Source: Rhynchopus sp. YZ270_cl-10 | Taxonomy: Eukaryota | Reading direction: 5' to 3' | Length of the DNA: 64,000 nt | Assembly (NCBI GenBank): GCA_964035575.1 | Contig: OZ037833.1 | Span: forward strand, 248,001 to 312,000 | Shown here: positions 47,035-58,100 of the stretch, in pieces | Numbering within the stretch: position 1 is the stretch's first letter | How the letters are laid out: the number at the start of each line of letters is the position of its first letter | Position numbers and translations under genes: made by a program | The notes under the pieces: model-generated | The model's input: only the letters and a program-made list of their open reading frames with translations | Databases searched by the model: none | What the model was told of the DNA's origin: nothing

Positions 47035-49138
47035 TTTTGTGTCTTTCTCTGCTTCTCTGTTTGTGGTGTTGTGGGATCAGGGAAGAAACAGGGAACCCAA
47101 CAAAACGCTCTGCAACAACACAGCGCATAGGGAGTTGCTCCCCAGTGGTCTTACATCATGCAGAGCAATCAAAAGCCTCACAATCTAAAATGCCTCCTCT
47201 CCCTCCCATCTGAACTATACCACGGACCAGTCGGGTCACCTACGTCGTTTCGACAGTGAAAAATCACGACAGGTGATCCAGCCCTTCCGAAGGTCCCCCT
47301 GCTCACCTCTTTCACGATTTAACAAACTGCAGAAATGTTGAGAATAAATATCTTTTTTTTTTCACAACTGTTTTTGAGGTGCATTTTTTGAAGGTTAAAA
47401 TAATAGTTATACTAGAGGGAATGGAGAATATGAGTGAGAACAACGTTTGGTTGAAAGATGAACTATTTCGCGTTGTTGCGAAGGCACAGTACAGTACACG
47501 ACGGTAAAAAAAAAGTAAAACCACAAATCAAGCCACTTTCTTGACCGTCGTGCACCTCCCTTTGTGGGAGGTGGGAATGGGATGCCCTGGGTAGGGACAC
47601 ATGACACACCTGCTTCCCCTATACACTATGGGGGGAATGATTCCGTCGCAACTACGGACGTTACCCCCCGTTTTGTGGAAAAGCATTTTGTTGTGCAAGG
47701 AAAGGGTGTGTCCTTTCCCTAAGAAGAAGATGATATAAAATTATTACGCATCCACTTGCCGTTTGAATAAAGAAAACAAAGACGAAAAAGGGGGTTTGGG
47801 GGGAAGAGTTTAATTCTTGAACGCATCCCCACACTCAGGTACACGCAAGGAAATGTACATGAAATGTACACTCAGGTACATGCAAGGAAAGGTTGTGTCC
47901 TTTCCCTAAGAAGAAGATGATAACAAAAAATCTGCAGGGGAACAATGCAGACACACACGATGCAATCTTGTGTGTACACATCATTTTTAAATCTCATTTC
48001 ATCAGCGGGAAAACGCTGGGTTTTCGAAACTGGAAAAAAAAATTGAAAAGAAAAGAAAACTTGAAAGGGAGTGTGCCTCTCTCTCGTACACATATTTTTT
48101 TTTGGGGGGAACAAAATTTATTTATCAAACCAAGGGGGGTCATACGTAACCCTAAAAGCAAAGCGAAATAATGAAAATATGCCCTCACGTTGTCGACATC
48201 TTTTCCCATAAAGTGTTATCGAGGGTTGTTCACGCTCCTGTTGCCAAAGGGAGAGGTTTGTTCCCTCCGTATGGTGTTCTGGAAAATGACAATAAAACAT
48301 AATTTACAATGAGCCTGACGCAGGATCCAAAAAAGCGAAATCCTTTTGTCTTGAAGGGAAAGATAAACGTCTCACATTTACAATAAAGCGTTTGAAAGAT
48401 GGTTGCCCACAACTGCAATGCCACCAATGTGCCACAAAAGCTAAGCTGCCTCCACCACCCAACATGGAACTATCAAGTCTGGGGGGGAAAACGGCCCGTG
48501 TCCTTGAGCAGAACAAGACGAGCTGCCACCCTGCCTCGGCAGGGGTACATGAACCAAGAGTTACAAATTAAAAAGAAAATAAAATCACCTGATTTTGATT
48601 CTGAGCTTCCCCGATCTTTGGCGGCAAACACTAAGATGAAAATCAGGTGGAAAATACCAAAAAAGAAACACAATTTGAAAGATGAATCTACCTCTCGCCA
48701 CCTCTCGTCATATCATGCCTGCGGCCAACAACAGACGGAAAATGGAGCCTAAAGAGAACAGAACAGCAGAAGAGACTAAAGGACAGAACAGACAAGCATT
48801 GCGCGTCAACATACAATGAACAATGAACAACCATACTACAGTGTCCATAGCTCTCTTCACCCACACAGGGAAAACGGAAAAGTGAAAGTCCTGAAGCACA
48901 GATGGTGATATGTGAGAAGGGAGGAGCACACATGAGGGTGAAAACAGTTAGACGCGACCGTAGCAAGACTCTCACATACTAAAGGCATGACCCCATCACT
49001 GTGAACACTGCCTGGGCTAAAAAGTTGACTTGACATACAACAGCCCGCTCATGACAACGATCCTTGGACCCAACCATGCAGTCCTCCATTTTTGTGGTTT
49101 ACATCTGAAAAATAAACCCGCCGCATGCACTCCTCTCT

Positions 49139-49654
49139 TCACACCCCCCTCTGCCTCCTCCCCCCTTGCCTGAACACTGCCTCTGGGTATCCTACGGTCC
49201 GTGCCTCGTACCACGCTGCGTGCAGCATCTCCCCTGCACGGCCCTCTCTCCCTACGGGCTGTGGGAGGTGCCGTACGACGTCCTTCTTACTGTGCAGGCC
49301 TGTGGTGTAGCAGGCAGCGTCTGGCTGCAGCGCACGCACACCGCGGGGCACTGGGGGCCCTCCTATGGGCACAACGTAGACCCCGTCATGGGAGGGTTGA
49401 GGGAGGGGCGGCGTCGGCTTTCTGAACGTCGCGCACAGCGGGATGTGCCGTGTCCGCACGGCTGCAATCTCTGCCTTCTCGTCACGGATGTATGCCTCCA
49501 CCTCCGTCACCTCCGCAGGTGTCTCCACAGCGTCACACTCCATCTGCCGTGCGATCGCAGCACCCAAAGGACTCGAATCATCAAACGTTACTATCCGCGG
49601 TCGAGAAGAGGACTCATGCGAAGGTGTGCCGAGGAGGCTCTCCCTATCCGACAT
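49139..49654 (-). CDS. Small hypothetical protein resembling the post-CAP segment of the 36609-39790 protein
   Basis: SSPLGAAIARQ...EVEAYIRDEK and PPVPRGVRALQPD versus SSPLGAAIERQ...AIERYLEEER and PPPPMGTRLLQPD. ATG at 49654. Confidence 0.55.
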   Translation of the reverse strand: MSDRESLLGTPSHESSSRPRIVTFDDSSPLGAAIARQMECDAVETPAEVTEVEAYIRDEKAEIAAVRTRHIPLCATFRKPTPPLPQPSHDGVYVVPIGGPPVPRGVRALQPDAACYTTGLHSKKDVVRHLPQPVGREGRAGEMLHAAWYEARTVGYPEAVFRQGGRRQRGV

Positions 49655-50066
49655 CTTGGGGTTTTCTGGTATTTGATGAACATGTAGGGAGGGGCTAGGG
49701 GGGATCAAATGGGTATTAAAAAGTATAGCAAGCGCTTTTTTGGTACCATTTTTACAAATTTTGTGCGAGTTAGGCAAAATTCTGAAAGTGCAACAACTTC
49801 TTGCTTTAATGGCATTTTTGGCCCCCAAAACCCGGACATAGTAATCCCGTTCTTCAAATGTGTGCTCCACAAATATCTGCTCCACTTCTCAAGTTCTGCC
49901 TTGAGACGCTTGTACTCTGCCGCCAACTGCAAGTTCTGAGTGACGATTTTCGTTCATCCGCATCGCCAAGTTGTGCTCCTCCCATATCTTATGCATATCA
50001 GCCTGCAGGTCTTACTGTGTCCGTGCTGCTGGCTCTGCTGGCTGCGGCACCATCGGCGCCATCATA

Positions 50067-51269
50067 TCATGCGTCAACTTCTTCTATTCCACTGTCGACA
50101 ACGATGTGCACGTTGCGAGGAAGCCGTCCATCTAAAGTGACTGCTTGCGTGCTTGTCAGCGACAATGCTGTGCTGCCCTCTAGGAAGTAGTCCCCGATCG
50201 AAGTGACTGCGTTCATGCCTGTGAGGTCAACAGTCGACAACGATGCACAATTACGTAAGAAGTAGTCCCCGATCGAAGTGACTGATTTCATTCCGGTGAA
50301 ATCAACAGTCGACAACGTCGTGCAACCACGTAAGAAGAAGTGCCCGATCGAAGTGACTGCTTTCATTCCTGTGAGGTCAACAGTCGACAACGATGTGCAC
50401 TTACGTAAGAAGCCGTCCCCGATCGAAGTGACTGCTTGCATGCCTGTGAAATCAACAGTCGACAACGTCGTGCAATTACGTAAGAAGAAGTCCCCAATCG
50501 AAGTGACTGCTTTCATGTCTGTGAAATCAACAGTCGACAAGGCTGCGCAACCATCTAGGAAGCAGTCCCCGATCGAAGTCACCGCTTGCATGCCTGAGAG
50601 GTCAACAGTCGACAACGATGCACAATTACGTAAGAAGTAGTCCCCGATCGAAGTGACTGCTTTCATGCCGGTGAAATCAACAGTCGACAACGTCGTGCAA
50701 CCACGTAAGAAGAAGTGCCCGATCGAAGTGACTGCTTGTAGGCCTGAGAGGTCAACAGTCGACAACATTGTACAGTCAGCGAGGAACGAGTGCCCAATGG
50801 CGGTGACGAAGGGCAACTTTGGTAGGTCCAGTGTGGTGTCGCAGTGAGGAAGGGAAGTGTCACGAATGTCATCCACACTCGACACGCAACTGGAACCAAT
50901 GCACGTTACTGCACTTCCCTCGAAGAAGTCATCTGGGATCGCAGTCACAACTTCTGCCTGCAGAAGCAAGGAAGCCACCTTCGGATCGGTCACCTCCTTC
51001 AACCTTTCATCTGTGATGTCGGTCTCACCCAGTGCATGAAGTGCTGCTATGGCTTCGTATTTCGTCGTTTTCGTCAGTACTACTTTGTCCCCAGCACTCA
51101 GTTCTGTGATGTCCTCCCCTTCCTCCTTCCCTCCGAAGCCCATATGAAAGCTGTCTTCGGCCAACCCCGTTGCTGTCGCCACCTTCCGACGCAGGGCCTC
51201 CGTTGTGTCATCCTCACCCACCTCGATCACATGCTCCGTTTCGTCATACCCCTGTATCGTCACATCCAT
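50067..51269 (-). CDS. Ubl-LRR copy 4 (9 repeats), intact
   Basis: ATG 51269; the HF-RG / DY-RN repeat pair occurs twice internally. Confidence 0.88.
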   Translation of the reverse strand: MDVTIQGYDETEHVIEVGEDDTTEALRRKVATATGLAEDSFHMGFGGKEEGEDITELSAGDKVVLTKTTKYEAIAALHALGETDITDERLKEVTDPKVASLLLQAEVVTAIPDDFFEGSAVTCIGSSCVSSVDDIRDTSLPHCDTTLDLPKLPFVTAIGHSFLADCTMLSTVDLSGLQAVTSIGHFFLRGCTTLSTVDFTGMKAVTSIGDYFLRNCASLSTVDLSGMQAVTSIGDCFLDGCAALSTVDFTDMKAVTSIGDFFLRNCTTLSTVDFTGMQAVTSIGDGFLRKCTSLSTVDLTGMKAVTSIGHFFLRGCTTLSTVDFTGMKSVTSIGDYFLRNCASLSTVDLTGMNAVTSIGDYFLEGSTALSLTSTQAVTLDGRLPRNVHIVVDSGIEEVDA

Positions 51270-51918
51270 TTTTGCGTCTCTCTCTGTTTCACGTTGTGAA
51301 GGCGTGGCGGAGGTGTTTTTGTGGCAATAAAACAAGACAAATCAAAAGGGGGTATTTATCAGTAGGTTTGAGAGCCTGATCCTTTTCTCTTGAAGAAACC
51401 CTGGCCTTATGCGGGAAAACGGGTCACATCACAGAACCGCCAATAAAAAGAAAACTGAAAGCTTTAAACATGAATATGCCTCTCGTGTACACATCAAAAA
51501 AATAAGAAGGGTGTTTTTTCACATAAGAAGCTGGCTAAAAAATATGGGAACGTTTTCCGAACACGTCGGGTGTCTCAATATGTTCGAAAAAATCGGAAGT
51601 GAGAACCACACAAGAAAAGACAAAAGGGACGGGGGGCAAAGAAACGTTGACACATAAAGTGAAATTGCAAACGCCTCTGGGACGCAGGCATAAAGCCACC
51701 TAAGTGTCTCGCGGGAACTAAAGGGTTTAATCGCATTTTTGGTCCACAAAACCCGGACATAGTAATCCCGTTCTTCAAATGTGTGCTCCACAAATATCTG
51801 CTCCACTTCTCAAGTTCTGCCTTGAGACGCTTGTACTCTGCCGCCAACTGCAAGTTCTGAGTGACGATTTTCGTTCATCCGCATCGCCAAGTTGTGCTCC
51901 TCCCATATCTTATGCATA

Positions 51919-52385
51919 TCAGCCTGCAGGTCTTACTGTGTCCGTGCTGCTGGCTCTGCTGGCTGCGGCACCATTGGCTTCGCCATCATATACAACGATG
52001 TGCACGTTGCTAGGAAGCCGTCCAGCCAAAGTGACTGCTTGCATGCTGGTGAGGTGAACTGTCGACAACGCTGCGCAACGAAATAAGAAGTCAAACCCGA
52101 TCGAAGTGACTGCTTGTAGGCCTGAGAGGTCAACAGTTGACAACGTCGTGCAACCATCTAGGAAGAAGTTCCCGATCGAAGTGACTGCTTTCATGCCTGT
52201 GAGGTTAACAGTCGACAATGCTGTGCAATTACGTAATAAGAAGTCCCCGATCGAAGTGACTGCTTGCATGCTGGTGAAATCAACAGTAGACAACATCGTG
52301 CAATTAGTTAAGAAGTCGCGCCCGATCGAAGTGACTGCTTTCATGCCTGTGAGGTCAACAGTCGACAACGTCTCGCAATTAGATA
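51919..52385 (-). pseudogene. Ubl-LRR copy 5, 3' half (split by the 52386-62672 insertion; a 30-nt deletion removes the family stop codon)
   Basis: Joins 62675-63311 in frame as ...VTSIGNFC|LSNCETLSTVDL...; ends VVYDGEANGAAASRASSTDTVRPAG. Confidence 0.85.
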
Positions 52386-52602
52386 CAGTGCGGCGCGATA
52401 TTACGGGTGCGCATAATTATGGGTAAAAATTGGATTTACCCATAATTATGCGCCCCCGTAAGGGGTGGCATCAAAACAAAAAACGCGGACAATGTCCGCG
52501 TTTTTGGGGGGGGAGGGGGGGGGGGGTCTGAAATTCCAGAAAACGCGGACATTTTGGGGTTTTTTTTTCCTCGAAAAATTTTTTCTTCACTGGGGTTGTA
52601 CA

Positions 52603-53513
52603 CCATGGATGTAGAAAGTACGTGACGAAAAAAAAGTACTTTTTTTCCAAAAATCGGGTTACGTGATACTTCACGTACGTGACGTTTTTTGAAAAAAAAT
52701 TTTACCTACCCTCCCCCGTGCATAAGTCCGACCCCCATTACCCGTGCATAAGTCCGATGACCCGTGTATAAGTCCGGGCAGATTTGGGCTCAGGATCGGA
52801 CTTATGCACAGGCCGACTTATACACCGGTTCTGTGTACTGGTGGTGGGAGATTTTTTTTTGGGGCGTTTTCCCGCTCGCGAAGCGAGCGGGGGACAATTT
52901 TTGGGGTGTTTTTCCGCGAGCGAAGCGAGCGCAATTTTATTTTTATTGGCGGTGTGTTCACCAGGGATCATCTTCGCGCTTCTCATGTCAAAACATCATC
53001 CTCACAATTCTCAAAGATGTGAACCTATTACTGCAACATTGTGGAAAACTTTGCACCCCAAACAGCCAAAAGGTGCCCCTTGTTGCTGGGAGTTGGTTCT
53101 CATGTTTGATACCTGCACAGCAGGCGTTCCTCTGAGTCAAACGCTGTTTTGCCTGCCTGCGGCGTTGAAAACGGTCGTTAAATTTTGCGGTGTCACATTC
53201 CCTCACGTGTGGGTCATTCACACTGAGGTCACGTGACACTGCGTGGGTCTGGGTACCTGGGTGCACAAAACCGGTGTATAAGTCCGATACCCGTGCATAA
53301 GTCCGAAACCCCGTGTATAAGTCCGGAGGCCCTCAGCCCCCCCAAAAATCGGACTTATACGCAGACTTATGCACGGGGGGGGGGGTAGGTACGTGATTTA
53401 CGTGATTTCGAAAAAAAAACGAAAAAAAGTACTTTTTTTTTTTATTTTTCGTCACGTACTTTTTTACTTTTTTTTTCAAAAAAAAGTACGTGAAGTACCT
53501 TCTACATCCATGG
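52603..53513. mobile_element. Nested element C (TIR ccatggatgtagaa; flanking direct repeat TACA)
   Basis: taca|ccatggatgtagaa ... ttctacatccatgg|taca, with multiple tacgtga subterminal motifs. Confidence 0.75.
52709..53385. mobile_element. Nested element D (TA-flanked; repeated cgtg[c/t]ataagtccg motifs; Tc1/mariner-pogo-like MITE)
   Basis: ta|ccctcccccgtgcataagtc ... gacttatgcacggggggggggg|ta. Exact ends could be 4 bp further out. Confidence 0.7.
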
Positions 53514-55105
53514 TACACGATTTTGACCAAAATTTATAAAAACTCGTCCATTTCGGCAAATTGACCCCACCACAGAACCGGCGGATTCAGGAAATACAAA
53601 TGCCGGTGTTTTCGGGCAAAATAAAAAATACAAGATGCCCGCGTTTTTTTGCAAAATGTACACGAATGGGGGGCCCCTGCTACCATGTGCTTCTACAGGC
53701 AAACACTTGGACCCCTTTACCTTACACTGACGGGTTTTGACCAAAATCAAGAACTTGTCTATTTTGGCAAATTGACCCCACCACAGAACGGACGGATTCC
53801 GGAAATGCAAATGCCGGTGTTTTTGCACATTTTCATGGTTTCAGCATCAGAGAGAGAAAATCTGGGTTGTGGGATTTACCTTGGCCCCTTTACCTTTCAC
53901 TCATTTTGACCAACACCAAGAACTTGGCCATTTCGGCAAATTGACCCCACCACAGTGCGGACAGATCCCGGAAATGCCAATCGCGGCATGTTTTGGGGCT
54001 GAAAAATTTTCACCTGAAAATTTTTTTCAGCAGCATTTTTTGGCCGAAAATGGGCCCCACGTATTAGTGACCGGGCTCATATTTTCAAAAATTTAAGTGG
54101 TCAAAAAATTGTCCAATTTTCGAGATTGACCCCACCACTTTCTGGACGGATTCCGGAAATGCCAAAAAACTGTGTTTTGGGTCACGAATTTGCACCCCGT
54201 CACCCAAAAACCAGCAAAAAATAGGGGGAAAAAAAACAAAAAATGTCCGCGTTTTGGGGGGGGGAGGGGGGGGTCTGAAATTCCCCAAAAACGCGGACAT
54301 TGTCCGCGTTTTTTGTTTTGATGCCACCCCTAACAAAACTTTTTTTTTTTTTTTTTTTTTTTTTTGGTGTTGTTCAACTTAGCCCAAGGCTCGACTTTTT
54401 TTTTTCCACATCAAACTGGACAGGGCGAGGGGGGTACGTTTACTATGCACATGAAAAGCACTTGGTCCGAGCGAAGCGAGGGCCAGATGTCTTACAATCT
54501 GTACAGTGCCGGTTAGTTAGAACGAGGCACAAAAGTGAACAAAACTAGAGATGGATTGTTATTGTCATCAGCACAGTCAGCACCATTGACAATTGAGGAA
54601 AAATGGAGTATTAACATGGGAGAGGCAGGGGAGAAGACAGACTGTCCAGTCAGTGTGGTTTTACTTAGCGTTCCAGTTTGGTACCCAGCTGGTTCTGGAG
54701 GGGGGGGGGGATGTTTTCTTTTTACAATACGAAGTTCCGTTCTTGTCACAACAAGCGTCCTTTTTGTTCTTTTTGTCCTTGTAGTCTTTTTTGATAGGGT
54801 AATTAACGCCATTAGCGGTCACTCATGGAACTCGTATGGGAGGGGCTGGGGGGGGGGGGGGGGAGGGAGGGAGGGGAAAGGGAATTCACAGATTACCAAA
54901 CACATCATCTTACTCACGAGTCCTTGCGTCACTCACGGCCATTCTGAGCGAGGACTAGATGCAGTTCAGCAAAAATCTAGACAAACAGGTCTCTAAAGAA
55001 GAGGGGTGGGGGAAAAGAAAAGGGAAGAAACGAGTGTTGCTACACACAAAAGAAAAGGGGGGGGGGGGGGGTCTAAAAACGAATCTAATGCTGGCCGCTT
55101 TCCTC

Positions 55106-58100
55106 CTAAGCAGCCATCCTACGGAGCAGCTCCTTGGCGTTCCGGAACCGCTCCGTCTCTCTCTTCTCCCGTCTCCCGTCACCGCTCACCTGCCTCTCCT
55201 CCCACCACTCCTGCAGGTCCTGCAGCGCTCTCTCCGGACTCAGGGGGGTGCTGCCCTGCTTCTGCCCACGCTCGGGGTAGAAGTGCCTCCGCCACTCATC
55301 TACACTGGCGGGCACAGTCTCTCCATACCTCGCACAGGAAGCTACCTCCACAGGGGCGTCAGATCCTGCTGGGTGGGCGGTGGGTGCTCGCCTTTTGGCC
55401 GCAGCCTTCTCTGCGCGTTTTTCGGCGACGCGCTGCTCCGCCTGTTCCCTCCTCTTCCTGGCGGATGCTTCCTTCCATGCACCCTTTTTGGCCGACCCCT
55501 CCTTTAATTCGCACAGGATAGCTGATGGCTTTTGTTGTTGAAAGCTGGTCCTCATTGCGGTCATTGTCGGTGCGGCGTTCTCGGTCATGTTAGTGTCGTG
55601 GTTGGTGTCGGCAACGTCGTCGTCGTTGTTGTCAGTGTTGGTGTCGTTGTTGGTGTCGTTGTTGTTGTTGCTGTTGTTGTTGTTGTTGCTGTTGCTGTTG
55701 CTGTTGCTGCGCCTTTCCATCTCCATGCGGCTGGACTCGAAGGCCTCATCCAACTCCTCTTCCTTAATCTCTACCTCGGCCAGTGGGGGTGCTGGGTTGC
55801 TGTTGTTGTAAAAGCTACCTCCCTGGCTGGTGGTCGATGTAGAAGGAGTGGTGGTGGCTCTGCGCCTGCGTGCTGCACATTTAGCGCCCTCCCCTGCGCA
55901 GGCCTCATTAGTACACCACTTGAGTGGGCACGCCGAACAGAACCAATGTGCAATGCTGTCCTCGAATACCGCAGCGCAGCCCTCGCACGTCACCATCTCT
56001 CCGTCTCTATCCTGCCTGTCACCCATGTACGACAGCGTTCCGGTGTTCATGCACTGCATCTCCACAGGGGGGATTTGTGGCTCCATCTTCATCATCATCC
56101 CCCTCGCCACTGCACCTACCACTAGAGGGGAGTAGTGCCCGGCGCCCACCGGTCCTTCGTGTAGCAGGGCTATCGCACCTCGTGGGGCTGCCGCCGGTCT
56201 CAGGAATGTCGTCTTGCTGTCCGCCCGCTCCACCGCCACAACTATCTGTAATGCACGGGAGAGACCAGCCAACGCCGTTACGTCCGCCCACGAACGAGTG
56301 TCCGGACTCCCCTCCACGCTCATCCAGCGCACCCACGACCCGAAAGTCGGTTCCGCCGAGTTCGCCAGGTCCCTGTCCTGCTTGACCCTCGTCACTGCAA
56401 GCTTCCGCAGGTCCCCAGAGGAGATGTCCCTCCACTCCCGTAGCAGCCACCTGACTGCATCAAAGGCGCAGTCCCCGACAGTGAACGGCACTGTTACCGT
56501 TGGGACTGTCATCCCGAGGGTGTTCCAAAGTTCTTCGTGGAACGTCTGTGGTCGAGTTGCGCTCCCATCCGCCGGGTTAGGGCAAGGTGGAGGGTCAGGG
56601 TGCTCCGCAGGCTCTTCGGGGTTCAGTGCGGACACGTCGATATCGAATAGACCGTCGTCTGGTGCATAATCTATGGGAGGCAGGTGGTCGGGAGGAAGTC
56701 GGAAGTGTTCGTCCTCACCTGGCAACGGCGCGACGTCCACCTCTATCCTCTCCCTGAGCGCGCCTGCTGTGTCCCCGCGCAGACACCCTCTGTCCATCGC
56801 TGACTTGCCAATCATCCGCTGCAGCGTAGTGCCCATCCCCCACGCCCAACGACGCGACATCTCCTGCTTGCTGCCCAGCTTCCTGTCGGCTGCGAAGCGT
56901 AGCATTTGCGTCCAGATTGTGGATGCCGCAGGCCCGAACCCTCCCGTCGTCTCCAACGCGAATGGAGTGAAGGTGATCCGTGCAGCAATGCAGGCGGCCT
57001 GGTGCTTCCCCCTCTTCGCCGCCTCCGCCTTCGTTGCCGTGTACCCCTTGGCCACCGCAGCACCCTGCACCATCGACTTGCACGTCGGGGTCCACACTGT
57101 CACGTCAATGGCCCGCCCCCGCGACTCGCCCACCCCCGTGGACAGGAAGAGGTCTGCTGGCTTCTTGTTCCCCAGTACCAGGTGTTGGGGTTCGAGAGTG
57201 GGGCCTAGACCTGCTTCGTTCGCAACGGAGTAGACGAAGTCGCGTACTGCGTTGTGCCTCAGAATGCGGTGTCCTCCCATCTTGCAGGCGAAAATGTGGT
57301 CGCCTCTCGCGTCCATGGCCTGCCCACACTGCCTGCACTGGACCCCGTCTGCGAAGAGAGGTAGGTGCATGCGGATCCTGCAGACCGCCTGGAACTGCTC
57401 CGGGGGGATGTGATGTTCCCACGTTGGGGGCGCCATGAGCCACGCGCCTGCATGCGGAAGGGAGAGGGAGTTCATCCGTGCCCGATCAGCCGCATCACCC
57501 TCCAGGTACAGTCGCCGCAGCTGTTCTTCGAGGATTCCTGCCGATAGCTCCCTTTGTCGCACAGGGGTGGCTGGTCTCACCAGAGGGTCTACTTTGTCTG
57601 CTTCTGCTACATGTCGGTTGTGCTCCGTCGCAGTCTCTTTCCACCCTTCCGCATCCCATTGGAACTCCGGGTCTAGTACCTTACACAACTCATGTAGCCC
57701 GCTCCGCGACCCCATCGCCGCGGCCGTCCAGTGGTCACGGATGCGACGGACTCCCATGCCTCCAGCTCTGCAGGGAAGTGCTGCCTGACGACGTGCCATC
57801 TCTGGGAGAAGCCCTTCCGTGTCACCCATCAACGAGGCGAGCGCAGCGTCGACCTCCTTGTCGTACTCCTTGAGGTACTGATGAGTACACGCATGTCCGA
57901 TAGCACGCATGTAAAACACCATCCTCGCGAAGCCTTCACACTGGCGAAGAAGCGTCAACCCGACCTGTACGTCCTTGAGGTCCTTGAGGAGGCGGAGCTG
58001 CTCAGCGAACTCCTTCACCTGCTTGTCCATGTAGGACTCGCAAAACTCGTCGTCACCGATAGGCGCCCCCAAGAACGCGAACCCACCGTACTGCACCTTC

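Larger units (their letters stand above)
52462..54330. mobile_element. Nested element B, PIF/Harbinger-like MITE with TAA target duplication
   Basis: taa|ggggtggcatcaaaacaaaaaacgcggacaatgtccgcg ... cgcggacattgtccgcgttttttgttttgatgccacccc|taa. Removing it restores the left subterminal sequence of A. Confidence 0.88.

Noticed and set aside
50150..50800. CRISPR-like look of constant blocks alternating with variable segments
   Set aside because: The period is 75 nt and in frame, encoding LRRs; the variable parts are homologous to each other; no cas genes; eukaryotic context.
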